64,000 nucleotides of DNA from Gemmatimonadota bacterium (GCA_039586795.1 JBDHJS010000010.1:20039-84038); one strand, 5' to 3'. Counted from the first letter of the stretch, positions 9,886-19,753 are shown. Program-made: numbers and translations. The notes: generated by a model not told the origin, from the letters alone.

Positions 9886-10878
9886 ATGACTACATCGTGC
9901 AGGCCCTGGTGGCGTAACTGCGCCCTTCAACCCGATGCCGAGATCCTGGAGATCGACGCGATGGAGGACCGCATCGCTCCACTTGGGTCGGACATCACCG
10001 ATGTCCGCGAGCTGATCTCGAGCCTTGAGCTGTGCCATCACAAAGCCAATCGATGGATCTACAACATCTGCGTGGCGATTGGAGCGGGTGAGACACACAA
10101 AGGCCTGGGAACCCGTTCGCCGGGTCAGGATCACCCAATCGAACAGGATTGGCAAAACGATTGCGCCGCGCTGTCGGCCTGGTGCTCGGGACATCCAGCC
10201 GAAGAAGTTGATCTGTCGATCTTCAACGTGCCGGGGTCACGATTTTTTGCACTCCTAGGGGAACGCTCGCCGCTGAAGGAGTGGCAGGTGCAACGTGTTA
10301 TCGAGAAGATCCGCAGCGTCATACATTGGCCGCGGTCATTAGAAGACCCTGGGGCGCAGTACAGATGGATTCTTCTGGGTGGAGGCGAGTACGAGACGTT
10401 CTATCGCGAGGACTGCCCCTCACACTACAAGGAGCACGAAGACTTCTGGCGAGCGACGGTGCAGACGCTGATCCACGACACGCTCGACGGGGAGGATGCA
10501 GAACTGTCATTGGGAGTTGCCATCGATATGCTGTGGCCCTGCCACTGGCGATTCGTGACGAACCTGGAGATCGTTCTCGGAGCGATCGGCGGCGAGCTTC
10601 ATCCGGCCGACCCGTTTGCAGCCTGCGGCCGGAACATCACTCTATTGCACAGCCGGGAGCGGATGCACGCCCTCGCCAATGCGCTAGGCGCCTTCGCAGG
10701 TGGCCGAGACGACGAAGCGGATGCGGAAAGAGAGGTGCTGGCCTTACTTGGGGAGCCGACAGACCCGAAGCGATGGCTCGCCGCGTCATTGAGCAAGACG
10801 ATAAGTCTTCAGCTGCATCCACCGGCCGAGCTCCGGGCATTGTCCGCCCTGGAAGGGCCTGCCTGGATCAGGGAGTAG
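9886..10878 (+). CDS. Hypothetical protein (start may be 9961)
   Basis: Long ORF in line with its neighbours; LELCHH, WPCHW, ACGRN; no family recognised. Confidence 0.6.
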   Translation: MTTSCRPWWRNCALQPDAEILEIDAMEDRIAPLGSDITDVRELISSLELCHHKANRWIYNICVAIGAGETHKGLGTRSPGQDHPIEQDWQNDCAALSAWCSGHPAEEVDLSIFNVPGSRFFALLGERSPLKEWQVQRVIEKIRSVIHWPRSLEDPGAQYRWILLGGGEYETFYREDCPSHYKEHEDFWRATVQTLIHDTLDGEDAELSLGVAIDMLWPCHWRFVTNLEIVLGAIGGELHPADPFAACGRNITLLHSRERMHALANALGAFAGGRDDEADAEREVLALLGEPTDPKRWLAASLSKTISLQLHPPAELRALSALEGPAWIRE

Positions 10879-10950
10879 ATGATATGATCACGGAATGGTG
10901 GCTGCTGGAGGTCAACCGCGGCAGAACCTTGTTCACTACAAACATGTGAG

Positions 10951-11760
10951 GTGCGATTGACCGGTCTACGTGTTTGCGTGGCAGGCGCAACCGGATGGGC
11001 GGGGGCGGCCCTGTCCCGAGGTATCCATGAAGCTTCCGACCTCGAGCTCGTAGCGGCCGTTTCCAGGACTCACGCCGGCCGTAACTTGGGAGAGGTCCTG
11101 GGACTCGACGGGCTCGCCGCGCCCGTCTTTGGAGCGGCGGTCGAGGCTCTTTCGAGTCTGCCGGACGTCTTCGTCGAGTATACAAAGCCGGATGCGGCGA
11201 AGGGACATATCATATCGGCCCTGAACTCCGGGGCGAATGTCGTAGTCGGAACTTCGGGACTGACCGAGGCGGATTATGCGGAGATCGATGCGGTGGCGCG
11301 GGACGCTGAGCGCGGAGTGCTGGCCGCTGGCAACTTTGCCCTAACGGCCGTGCTCGCGCAGAGGTTCGCCGAGATTGCGGCGCGGTACACTCCGCATTGG
11401 GAGATCATCGACTACGCTGATTCCGGAAAAAGAGATGCGCCAAGCGGTACGACGCGCGAGCTGGCACATCGGCTGTCGAAGGTAGCGGAGTCGAAGTTGG
11501 ACGTTCCTATCGAAGAAATCGACGGGCCACGAGAGAGCCGGGGCGCAAGACTGGAAGGCTCTCAGGTCCATTCCGTACGCCTGCCCAGTTACGTCCTCTC
11601 ATTCGACGCCATCTTTGCGATGCCGGACCAGAAGCTCATACTTCGCCACGAGTCGGGTTCCAGCGCCGAGCCTTACGTCGATGGCTGCTTGTTGGCCATC
11701 CGGAAGGTCGGAGAGCTGGTCGGCGTTCACCGGGGTCTCGACTCCGTGATGGATTTCTGA
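10951..11760 (+). CDS. dapB: 4-hydroxy-tetrahydrodipicolinate reductase-like protein (atypical active site)
   Basis: GATGWAG, VVGTSG, AGNF, KRDAPSGT, HSVRLP. Confidence 0.8.
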   Translation: MRLTGLRVCVAGATGWAGAALSRGIHEASDLELVAAVSRTHAGRNLGEVLGLDGLAAPVFGAAVEALSSLPDVFVEYTKPDAAKGHIISALNSGANVVVGTSGLTEADYAEIDAVARDAERGVLAAGNFALTAVLAQRFAEIAARYTPHWEIIDYADSGKRDAPSGTTRELAHRLSKVAESKLDVPIEEIDGPRESRGARLEGSQVHSVRLPSYVLSFDAIFAMPDQKLILRHESGSSAEPYVDGCLLAIRKVGELVGVHRGLDSVMDF

Positions 11761-11776
11761 GCCAAGGGGACGGGCG

Positions 11777-12961
11777 ATGCAAAATAAGGAAGCAAAGGCG
11801 ATGAGGCCCGGGACGGCATCGGTCTGGGCTGGCGAAGAGACTCACGGCGCCGGCGACTCTACGGTTCTTCCCGTGCACCGGGGAGTGACCTTCGGCTACG
11901 AAGACCTCGAGACCTGGACCGGCGTGGCGCTCAAGCGACGAAAAGGTCACATCTATTCCCGCAATACCAATCCAACCGTCGCAGCGCTTGAAGAGAAGGT
12001 CCGGGTACTGGAAGGCGCGGCAGCGGCCACGAGCTTCGCCACGGGCATGGCGGCGATCAGCAACACGCTGTTCGCGCTGCTCGAAAAGGGCGATCGCGTG
12101 GTCAGCATTCGCGATACGTACGGCGGGACAAACAAGATCTTCAACGATTGGCTCCCCCGTTTCGGGGTTGAAGCTGTGCTGTGCGATACGACGGATCACG
12201 ACACCCTCGAGGTGGAGATCGCTACGGGCGCTCGCATGGTCTACTTGGAGAGCCCAACCAACCCGACACTGAAGGTGCTCGACCTGAAGAGACTGGCCAA
12301 AGCCGGTCGCGCCGGCGGCGCTGTCGTAGTGGTGGACAACACGTTCGCGACGCCCATCAATCAGCGTCCGCTGGAGCTTGGGGCAGATCTCGTGCTGCAT
12401 AGCGCGACCAAGTTTCTGGGCGGCCACTCCGACGCCCTTGGAGGCGTGGTATGTGGGTCGCCCGAGCTCATCCAACGGCTTTTCGAGTTCCGCGAGATCA
12501 ATGGCGCCTCGCTTCACCCGGACGCCGCCTACCTCATCGCTCGCGGGATGAGGACTCTGGAGCTCCGCGTAGCACGCCACAACGCTAATGCGCAGGCGAT
12601 TGCCGAGCACCTCGAACAGCACGACAAGGTCGAGTCGGTGTTCTATCCCGGCCTCCCCTCCGACCCGGGTCACGAGATCGCGTGCTCGCAGATGACCGGT
12701 TTCGGTGGCGTCCTGGCCTTCGATCTGCGCGGCGGCCTGGATACAGTTCGCGGTTTTCTACCGCGGCTTCGCCTCGCGCATCGCGCGGCGAGTCTGGGCT
12801 CGGTGGGTACACTTGTCGGGCCGCCGTCGACGACGAGCCACGTTGAGCTGAGCATGGAAGAACGGGCCGCCGCCGGGATCCCGGAAGGGCTGGTCCGCTA
12901 TTCGGCGGGGATCGAGAACGTAGAGGATCTCATCGCCGATCTGGATTCCGCGCTGTCCTGA
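11777..12961 (+). CDS. PLP-dependent cystathionine gamma-synthase / methionine gamma-lyase family protein
   Basis: YSRNTNPT, ESPTNP, DNTFATP, HSATKFLGGHSD (PLP lysine), GIENVEDLIADL. Confidence 0.92.
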   Translation: MQNKEAKAMRPGTASVWAGEETHGAGDSTVLPVHRGVTFGYEDLETWTGVALKRRKGHIYSRNTNPTVAALEEKVRVLEGAAAATSFATGMAAISNTLFALLEKGDRVVSIRDTYGGTNKIFNDWLPRFGVEAVLCDTTDHDTLEVEIATGARMVYLESPTNPTLKVLDLKRLAKAGRAGGAVVVVDNTFATPINQRPLELGADLVLHSATKFLGGHSDALGGVVCGSPELIQRLFEFREINGASLHPDAAYLIARGMRTLELRVARHNANAQAIAEHLEQHDKVESVFYPGLPSDPGHEIACSQMTGFGGVLAFDLRGGLDTVRGFLPRLRLAHRAASLGSVGTLVGPPSTTSHVELSMEERAAAGIPEGLVRYSAGIENVEDLIADLDSALS

Positions 12962-12993
12962 ACGCCCAAACTGAAGGACCGAGGAGGGACACA

Positions 12994-13380
12994 ATGCTAG
13001 ACGCCGAAGACATGGCCGGCATCGACCGGGTTCGAGCGAACCTTCGCGACGCTATCCTGCGGGGTGATTCGGAGGCCTACGCCGAGTGCTTCACGCCGGA
13101 TGCATTCGTCATGCATCAGGACGCGCCGTTCGTCCGCGGCATCCAGGCTATCCGGGAGCACACGGAGCAGATCGTTCAGGCGGTAACGGTCAAGAAACTG
13201 GACCTGGAACCGGTGGTGGTGGCTGGTACCGATCGTCTGGCCTATGAAGTGGGCCTACAAGAGGTGGCTATCGAGCCAGCTATCGACGCCTTCAAGGCAA
13301 GGCGCAAGCACCTCCACGTTTACGAGCGTCAGGTTGATGGCACCTGGAAAATCGCGGCGGCGATGTCGAGCAACGACTAG
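12994..13380 (+). CDS. DUF4440/SnoaL-like (NTF2 fold) protein
   Basis: FTPDA...GIQAIRE...RQVDGTWKI; GAGGG RBS. Confidence 0.8.
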   Translation: MLDAEDMAGIDRVRANLRDAILRGDSEAYAECFTPDAFVMHQDAPFVRGIQAIREHTEQIVQAVTVKKLDLEPVVVAGTDRLAYEVGLQEVAIEPAIDAFKARRKHLHVYERQVDGTWKIAAAMSSND

Positions 13381-13389
13381 GTGAGAGAC

Positions 13390-13833
13390 ATGTTCAAGCT
13401 AGCTCTGTTCTTTCACATCCTCGGGGCCACGGTCTGGGCCGGCGGACATCTGGTTCTCTCTCTGACGGTGCTCCCGCGAGCGCTGCGCAAACGCGATCCG
13501 GAGATCATTAGAAGCTTCGAGGAAGGATACGAGCGGATCGGAATGCCGGCCCTGATCATCCAGATCATCACCGGTCTGTGGTTGACCTACCGCCTCCTAC
13601 CCAGTCTGGGCGACTGGTTCTCCTTTGCGACACCTACGAGTACTCTTGTAGCGGTGAAACTCGCACTGCTGCTTCTCACCCTGATGCTCGCCGTGCACGC
13701 CCGGCTACGGCTCATCCCGAAGTTGACACCACAAACCCTTCCGTTGCTCGGCTGGCACGTAATCGCCGTGACAGTCGTTGCGGTTCTGTTCGTCTTCGTG
13801 GGCGTTGGTTTTCGCACCGGCGGTCTGTTCTAG
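13390..13833 (+). CDS. CopD-family membrane protein
   Basis: HILGATVWAGGH; LAVHAR; 4 TM helices. Confidence 0.75.
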   Translation: MFKLALFFHILGATVWAGGHLVLSLTVLPRALRKRDPEIIRSFEEGYERIGMPALIIQIITGLWLTYRLLPSLGDWFSFATPTSTLVAVKLALLLLTLMLAVHARLRLIPKLTPQTLPLLGWHVIAVTVVAVLFVFVGVGFRTGGLF

Positions 13834-13939
13834 GCAGCGCGGTGAATATTTTTAGCGTTGGGACTGTATACAGAGTACAACGGTCAGCACAGAGAATGGG
13901 CAAGATACAAAAGAGAACCCGTTAGAGAGGTGAACTGAT

Positions 13940-14119
13940 ATGATCGAGATGCTGAGGCGAGACGATGTCCGACCGCTGTGTCCACATTGCTCGACAGAGC
14001 TCCGCTCGGTTTGGTTTCAGCAGCTGTCGGGGTTTCTTGGAAGACGCTACATCTATTTCTGCGGGAGTTGCCGGAAAGTCCTTGGTGTATCACACCGCAA
14101 AGGGTTCTGGATGGGCTAA
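13940..14119 (+). CDS. Small CxxC...CxxC zinc-ribbon protein, 59 aa (missed by the ORF track)
   Basis: Own translation: MIEMLRRDDVRPLCPHCSTELRSVWFQQLSGFLGRRYIYFCGSCRKVLGVSHRKGFWMG*; GAGAGGTG RBS at 13925-13932; strong hairpin downstream. Confidence 0.8.
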   Translation: MIEMLRRDDVRPLCPHCSTELRSVWFQQLSGFLGRRYIYFCGSCRKVLGVSHRKGFWMG

Positions 14120-14142
14120 CAGTGCAGCGCCCGTAATCCATC

Positions 14143-14183
14143 GCGGCCTGCGGCTGACCTTTGTAGGATCGGCCGCAGGCCGC
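14143..14183 (+). terminator. GC-rich stem-loop after the zinc-ribbon gene
   Basis: GCGGCCTGCGGCTGA-CCT / TTGT loop / AGG-A-TCGGCCGCAGGCCGC; no clear U-tract. Confidence 0.45.
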
Positions 14184-14283
14184 TGAGCTTCACCGCCGGC
14201 TGAAACCTAGACCGCCGTGCCGCGTTTAGGATAGACCAAATAACCGCGCCAACTGCCTGATCCACCAGGACACGAGAGGAATC

Positions 14284-14883
14284 ATGGTCAAGTTGCAGGA
14301 GCCCGCCATTCGCATCGCCGTGGTCTGCGGCAGCGTGCGCCCGAACAACAACACCGCGAAGGCCGTGGGAGTTCTGGTGGACGAGATGGGCCGCCGGCCC
14401 GGAGTCGAAGTCGACCTGATCGACCCGGCTAAGCTGGATCTCCAGTTCCCCGGACTCGGAAACGGCGATGCGGACTCGGTGGCAAATCTCAGGAAGACGA
14501 TCGAAGCGGCAGCGGGAGTCGTGTTGGCGACTCCGGAGTATCACGGCAGCTTCTCGAGCATCATGAAGCTGGTGATCGAGAACCTGGGCTTCCCGTCGAA
14601 GCTCTCCGGGAAGCCGGTCTCATTGCTCGGCGTCGCCGCCGGATCGATCGGGGCGATCAAGTCGTTGGAGCAGCTGCGCTGCGTCTGTTCGCACGTTGGG
14701 GCGATCGTGCTGCCTGGGCCTGTATCGGTGGCGAACGTGCGGATGGCGTTCGACGCCGAGGGCAACTGCATGGATCCCGTGGTCGAGGAGCGAGTCCGCG
14801 GCCTGGCCGGCAGCCTGTTGGACTTCATACGGCGACACAGCTGTCCACGGATGGCGCTGGAAGCGATGGTGCGATCGGACTGA
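14284..14883 (+). CDS. NADPH-dependent FMN reductase
   Basis: GSVRP; ATPEYHGSFSSIMK; LSGKPV; GAGGA RBS. Confidence 0.9.
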   Translation: MVKLQEPAIRIAVVCGSVRPNNNTAKAVGVLVDEMGRRPGVEVDLIDPAKLDLQFPGLGNGDADSVANLRKTIEAAAGVVLATPEYHGSFSSIMKLVIENLGFPSKLSGKPVSLLGVAAGSIGAIKSLEQLRCVCSHVGAIVLPGPVSVANVRMAFDAEGNCMDPVVEERVRGLAGSLLDFIRRHSCPRMALEAMVRSD

Positions 14884-14916
14884 GGACGGAATCTCGACCA
14901 GGAGTGCACGTGTGCG

Positions 14917-15969
14917 ATGTTATCGTCGTCTATGTCAACGAGACTGACCAACTTCACGCTTCTGCTGCTCTTCCCTGCGTTCGCCCACGGCTGCGGGCGG
15001 CCGCAGAGCGAGAGTGATACCCCGAAGAACTTCGTCTACTTCGGCCTTGACCGCGAGCGTATTACCGAGGAGAGCTTCCTCGAATCTGAAGTGATCGTCG
15101 GCGCTCAGTTGAAGTACAGGTGGCCGGAGCTGGAGCCTCAACGCGACCACTACGATATAGACCTTATCCTCGAAGACCTCGCCTTTCTCGAGCAACATGG
15201 CAAGCGCTTGTTCATTCAGCTGCAGGATGTGTCGTTCGACGAAGGGATCGTCAACGTGCCGCGTTATCTGCGCGAGGACCCGGCGTTCGGCGGGGGCATG
15301 GCACGCCAGTACGGGTTTGAGGGGGATGACGAATCGATGCCAATCGCCGAGGGCTGGGTGGCGCGACGCTGGGACCCCGGCGTCCGCGCCCGCTTCACCA
15401 GGCTGCTCGGCGCGCTCGGCAAAGAGCTAGACGGTCGCATCGAAGGCCTGAATTTGCCAGAGACGGCCATCGAGTTCGGTGAGACCGGCGAGCTGCACCC
15501 TCCCGGCTTCAGCTACGAGAGCTACCTGGAAGGCGTAAAGGCGCTGATGTCCGCCGCCCGACAGGCGTTCCCCAGCTCCCAGGTGATACAGTACGCGAAC
15601 TTCATGCCGGGTGAGGCGCTACCGTGGGACGACCGTGGCTATCTGCGAAGCGTCTATCAGCACGCGGACAGCATCGGTGTTGGAGTCGGCGGACCGGATC
15701 TGCTGCCGCATCGCGTAGGACAGCGCAGCCACAGCTACCCATTGATCGCGAACCGCGGCCCGAGCACAGCCGCCGGCCTGGCCGTGCAGTGGGGCAACCT
15801 GGACGACGTGAATCCGCACACCGGCGCCAGGGTGACCGTGGACGAGCTATACCTCTTCGCCAGAGACAGCCTTCGCCTGGACTACATCTTCTGGGGTACT
15901 CAGGAGCCGTACTACACGAGCGAGATCCTTCCCTACCTGCGCGAACTCTCCGCCGGCGCGACTCGTTGA
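14917..15969 (+). CDS. Secreted/lipoprotein with a glycoside-hydrolase-like TIM barrel
   Basis: Signal ending AHGC; GAQLKYRWPELEP, EGLNLPET, GGPDL. Confidence 0.55.
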   Translation: MLSSSMSTRLTNFTLLLLFPAFAHGCGRPQSESDTPKNFVYFGLDRERITEESFLESEVIVGAQLKYRWPELEPQRDHYDIDLILEDLAFLEQHGKRLFIQLQDVSFDEGIVNVPRYLREDPAFGGGMARQYGFEGDDESMPIAEGWVARRWDPGVRARFTRLLGALGKELDGRIEGLNLPETAIEFGETGELHPPGFSYESYLEGVKALMSAARQAFPSSQVIQYANFMPGEALPWDDRGYLRSVYQHADSIGVGVGGPDLLPHRVGQRSHSYPLIANRGPSTAAGLAVQWGNLDDVNPHTGARVTVDELYLFARDSLRLDYIFWGTQEPYYTSEILPYLRELSAGATR

Positions 15970-16073
15970 CAGCGGGCGACCCGGAGCGCGCGGCCCGTGG
16001 ACGCCGCTCGGCCCGGCGCCTATGATGTAGCGTTCGTCCGAACATCGCTGGCCAGTCCGCGCAGGAGGTCCTG

Positions 16074-16589
16074 GTGATTCCCGAGGCGCTTCATCAGCTA
16101 TTCAGGCACATGGAATGGGCGGATGCGACCGTTTGGGAGTCGGTGCTCGCGAAGCCGGACGCGAAATCGGACGACCGACTGCGGGCCCTGCTCTACCACA
16201 TCCATCTGGTGCAGTGGGCGTACCTGCAGATCTGGCGCGAAGAGCCCCTCGACCTTCCCGAGGAAGCCGGCTTCTCGGACCTGACCGCCATCCACGAGTG
16301 GTGTCGCAAATATCATCGGCAGGCACCACTGTATTTGGATGCAGTCGATGCCGATGACCTCCTACGACAAGTTGAATTCCCTTGGGCCGATCAGCTGGTG
16401 GAGCGCTGGGGCAAGGCTCAACCGGCGACGGTTTCCGAGACGATCCTCCAAATCACCTCACACACCACATATCACCGCGGCCAGGTGAACACGCGATTGC
16501 GCGAGTTGGACGGTGAGCCGCCCCTGGTGGATTTCATCGCCTGGATCTGGATGGGCAAGCCCACGGCCGAATGGAAACAAGAGACATAA
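16074..16589 (+). CDS. DinB family protein
   Basis: HMEWAD; HTTYHRGQ; AGGAGG RBS before GTG. Confidence 0.85.
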   Translation: MIPEALHQLFRHMEWADATVWESVLAKPDAKSDDRLRALLYHIHLVQWAYLQIWREEPLDLPEEAGFSDLTAIHEWCRKYHRQAPLYLDAVDADDLLRQVEFPWADQLVERWGKAQPATVSETILQITSHTTYHRGQVNTRLRELDGEPPLVDFIAWIWMGKPTAEWKQET

Positions 16590-16593
16590 GACG

Positions 16594-17085
16594 ATGAGCA
16601 ACGGTTCTCTGACTACGACTCTGGTGCTCGCCGCGTCCTTTCTGGCCATACCTTGCTGCACCACGCAACAAGAGGAAGGTGTGCCACCGGAACTTAATGC
16701 CGCTATCGACGCCTTCTACGCAGCGGTAGAGGCTGGCGATGCCGAGGCGCACATTGCGATGTTCACCGACGATGCCATCATGATGCCCAACCACTGGACG
16801 ATGGTGGAAGGGAAACCAGCGATCGCGGAGGTGATTCGGGAGGGGGCTGGTTGGGTATTCCGGCTTCGCGACCGCCAGATCGTCGACATCGACGTCAGTC
16901 GCGACCTGGCTTACGCAGTGAATTCATATTTCTACACGTACCACCCCGCGGAAGGTGAGCCGCAGTGGCACAAAACGAAGAACGTCCACATCTGGAAACG
17001 TGACGACGAAGGGCGTTGGAAACTGCACGTCGACATCTGGAACAGCGATGTGCCTATCGATGAGTTTGCAGACGAAAACGGATAG
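16594..17085 (+). CDS. Exported DUF4440/YybH (NTF2 fold) protein
   Basis: Signal-like N-terminus; FTDDAIMMP; IWKR..EGRWKLHVDIWNSD. Confidence 0.8.
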   Translation: MSNGSLTTTLVLAASFLAIPCCTTQQEEGVPPELNAAIDAFYAAVEAGDAEAHIAMFTDDAIMMPNHWTMVEGKPAIAEVIREGAGWVFRLRDRQIVDIDVSRDLAYAVNSYFYTYHPAEGEPQWHKTKNVHIWKRDDEGRWKLHVDIWNSDVPIDEFADENG

Positions 17086-17117
17086 CGCGTATTAAGACCC
17101 TGATCGTAGCCCTGCTC

Positions 17118-17567
17118 GTGTTGATGGCCTACCCCGAACTTGCGGCGGCGCAAGCGGCGTCGGCGGTCAACAGACTCGCCTGGCTGTCGGGCTGCTGGGA
17201 AGCCTCGTCCGCTTCGCAAGTGATCGAGGAGCACTGGACGGAGCCACGCGGCAACAGCATGCTCGGCATGAACCGGACAATTCGCGACGGCTCGCTGGCT
17301 AGCTACGAGCTGGTGATCATTAGAGAGGATGAAGACGGGCTGGTTTTTGAAGCGCACCCCTCCGGTCAGGCGATCGCCTATTTCCCGGCGCGCCTGGTCA
17401 GCGACACGCTGGCGGTGTTCGAGAATCCGGAGCACGACTTTCCGCAACGGATCAGCTACGCGCTGAACGGAGCGGACTCGCTGCTGGCCTGGATCGAGGG
17501 CGAGTCCGGCGGCGCGATGCGCCGGATCGATTTCGGCTACCGGCGCGTGCTTTGCCCGGGGCGCTAG
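17118..17567 (+). CDS. DUF6265-like exported protein
   Basis: LAWLSGCW, EEHW, FENPEHDFPQRISY. Confidence 0.75.
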   Translation: MLMAYPELAAAQAASAVNRLAWLSGCWEASSASQVIEEHWTEPRGNSMLGMNRTIRDGSLASYELVIIREDEDGLVFEAHPSGQAIAYFPARLVSDTLAVFENPEHDFPQRISYALNGADSLLAWIEGESGGAMRRIDFGYRRVLCPGR

Positions 17568-17587
17568 TACACGAGGAGCGGCACGAC

Positions 17588-18091
17588 GTGAGATTCGCTT
17601 CGAAGCGCGAGTTATTGGAGAGCATCGAGAAGGAGCACCGCGAGTTCTTGGAACTGGCGGGTTCCGTGCCGAGATCGCGTTACCAGGAAGAGGGTGTATG
17701 GGGCGACGGCTGGACGGTCAAAGACCTGTTCGCCCACCTGACAGAATGGGAGCAGATGTTTTTGAGCTGGTACCGGGAGGGGCGCGATGGAGGCAACCCA
17801 GATCTTCCGGCGCCGGGCTACAAGTGGAACCAGACGCCGGAGCTCAACCTGGGGATCTGGAAGAAGCACAAACGCACTTCGGTAAGGAAGGTGCTCGAGG
17901 CATTTGACGCCTCCTATGATGAGATCCTATCAATCACCAAGGAACTCTCGTCAAAGGAGCTGTTGACGCCCGGACACTTCGCGTGGACGGGCAAGTATCC
18001 GCTAACGACGTACCTGGCGCCGAACACGTGCAGCCACTATCGAACGGCTTCAAAGATCCTGAAGCGCTGGTTGAAAGGGAACAGGCGGTAG
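17588..18091 (+). CDS. ClbS/DfsB (DUF1706, DinB superfamily) four-helix-bundle protein
   Basis: KDLFAHLTEW, PAPGYKWN, NTCSHY; GAGGAG RBS before GTG. Confidence 0.8.
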   Translation: MRFASKRELLESIEKEHREFLELAGSVPRSRYQEEGVWGDGWTVKDLFAHLTEWEQMFLSWYREGRDGGNPDLPAPGYKWNQTPELNLGIWKKHKRTSVRKVLEAFDASYDEILSITKELSSKELLTPGHFAWTGKYPLTTYLAPNTCSHYRTASKILKRWLKGNRR

Positions 18092-18095
18092 AGCA

Positions 18096-18749
18096 GTGAC
18101 GGAAGCAACGAAGACACAGCGGCGCACGCTCTCTCCCGGAGAAGAGCTCGCGAACACCATCAGCCACGGCGCCGCGCTAGCGCTGGCGATCGCCGCACTT
18201 CCTATCCTTATTGTCTCCGCGGTGCGCGACGGCGGCGCCGGTAGGATCGTCGGGGCGACGATCTTCGGCACCACGATGGTGCTGCTCTATCTGACATCGA
18301 CGCTATACCACGCGCTGCCGCCCAGCCGGGCGAAGCGGGTGTTCCGGATGCTCGATCACGGAGCGATCTATCTGCTAATCGCCGGCACCTATACCCCGTT
18401 CACCCTGGGCGCGCTCAGCGGCGCATGGGGCTGGGTGCTGTTCGGGATCGTTTGGGGTCTGGCGCTTACCGGAATCGTAGCGAAGGCGATCGGCGGTCCA
18501 CGCCACCTGACGCTATCAACCATCCTCTACATCGGCATGGGCTGGCTGGTGCTCATCGCTATCCGCCCGCTACTGCTCAACGTGCCGACCTCGGGTGTGA
18601 TCTGGTTGCTGGCAGGCGGTCTGGCCTACACAGCTGGCGTAGCGTTTTACAGGGCGCGGCACATGCGATACAGCCACTTCGTGTGGCACCTGTTCGTAAT
18701 CGCAGGTACGGCGTGCCACTTCGCCGCGGTGCGGTGGTACTCCGCCTGA
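18096..18749 (+). CDS. Hemolysin III / PAQR family membrane protein
   Basis: EELANTISHG, STLYH, LDHGAIYLLIAGTYTPF, HFVWHLFV. Confidence 0.92.
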   Translation: MTEATKTQRRTLSPGEELANTISHGAALALAIAALPILIVSAVRDGGAGRIVGATIFGTTMVLLYLTSTLYHALPPSRAKRVFRMLDHGAIYLLIAGTYTPFTLGALSGAWGWVLFGIVWGLALTGIVAKAIGGPRHLTLSTILYIGMGWLVLIAIRPLLLNVPTSGVIWLLAGGLAYTAGVAFYRARHMRYSHFVWHLFVIAGTACHFAAVRWYSA

Positions 18750-18771
18750 TAACTCTCCAGCTCTTCTAACG

Positions 18772-19383
18772 ATGGCGAAGAAAAAAGACCGAACCAAGAC
18801 GAAGGGGATCCTGATACGCTGGGCGCGAACCTACGACGCGCTGAATCGACTTCATTTTCTCGGGAAAGAGAACGAGTTTCGAGAGTGGACGATCGAGCTT
18901 GCCGGGATCGCCGATGGTGACTCGGTGTTGGACGTCGGGTGTGGAACCGGCAACCTGACGCTGGTGGCGAAAGCGACGGCGGGGCCTGGGGGCGAGGTGG
19001 TCGGCATCGACGGAGCCGAGCAGATGATAAAGGAAGCGGAACGGAAGGCCACCGCTCGAAAAGCGGGTGCATACTTTCAGGTCGGCCTGATCGAAGACAT
19101 CCCTTTCCCCGATCATCGATTCGACGTCGTGTTGAGCAGCCTCATGCTGCACCACTTGCCAAAGGACCTCAAGCGGCGCGGGATAGCAGAGATCGCTCGC
19201 GTCCTGAAGCCCGGCGGACGGTTTATTGCCGTCGACGTCGACCCTCCTTTGATGGGAAACATACGGACTGCGATCGATGCCATGGTGGCGAACGGTTTCA
19301 CTACGATACGTCGTGGCAAAGCGGGGTTCCGCACGTTGTGGATCCCCATCCACTACCTGAGAGGGACAGCCGCGGAGGTGTGA
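18772..19383 (+). CDS. Class I SAM-dependent methyltransferase
   Basis: VLDVGCGTG; FDVVLSSLMLHH; RVLKPGG. Confidence 0.9.
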   Translation: MAKKKDRTKTKGILIRWARTYDALNRLHFLGKENEFREWTIELAGIADGDSVLDVGCGTGNLTLVAKATAGPGGEVVGIDGAEQMIKEAERKATARKAGAYFQVGLIEDIPFPDHRFDVVLSSLMLHHLPKDLKRRGIAEIARVLKPGGRFIAVDVDPPLMGNIRTAIDAMVANGFTTIRRGKAGFRTLWIPIHYLRGTAAEV

Positions 19384-19387
19384 CTAC

Positions 19388-19753
19388 ATGAGGCGAGTTC
19401 TGATGACCGCTGCGCTGACGGTTCTCGTAATTGGCTGCGCGACCGAACGGCCGGATGGAAACGCTGACGAGGTAGGTGCCGAATCGACTTACGATCTTCA
19501 GACCGAGAGCGTACCGGCGAACCTGAGACACCTCATTGCGCTGGCTGAGAAGTGGGGGATCGGCGATGATGTGGAACGGGGAGAGTTCATCGAGAGCGCT
19601 ACAGCGGAAGAACGGCAGGAGCTGATCGATGCGATAACTCCGTATCAAAGCGCTATCACCGCCTGGCTCGACACGTTCGGCACCAATCCTCTTAGCGATG
19701 AAGCGGCGGCGTTCCTCTACATGCAGCTAGCGGTAGAGGAGATGCCCAACTAG
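19388..19753 (+). CDS. Hypothetical lipoprotein
   Basis: LVIGC lipobox; VP.NLRHLI.LAEKWGIGDD. Confidence 0.65.
   Translation: MRRVLMTAALTVLVIGCATERPDGNADEVGAESTYDLQTESVPANLRHLIALAEKWGIGDDVERGEFIESATAEERQELIDAITPYQSAITAWLDTFGTNPLSDEAAAFLYMQLAVEEMPN

Noticed and set aside
254..19753. Integron attC sites between the array genes (e.g. GTCTGACAAGCGTTTGCA near 664; ...GCGTTCG near 16031)
   Set aside because: Only isolated partial resemblances; no paired RYYYAAC/GTTRRRY ends, no repeated element, no intI
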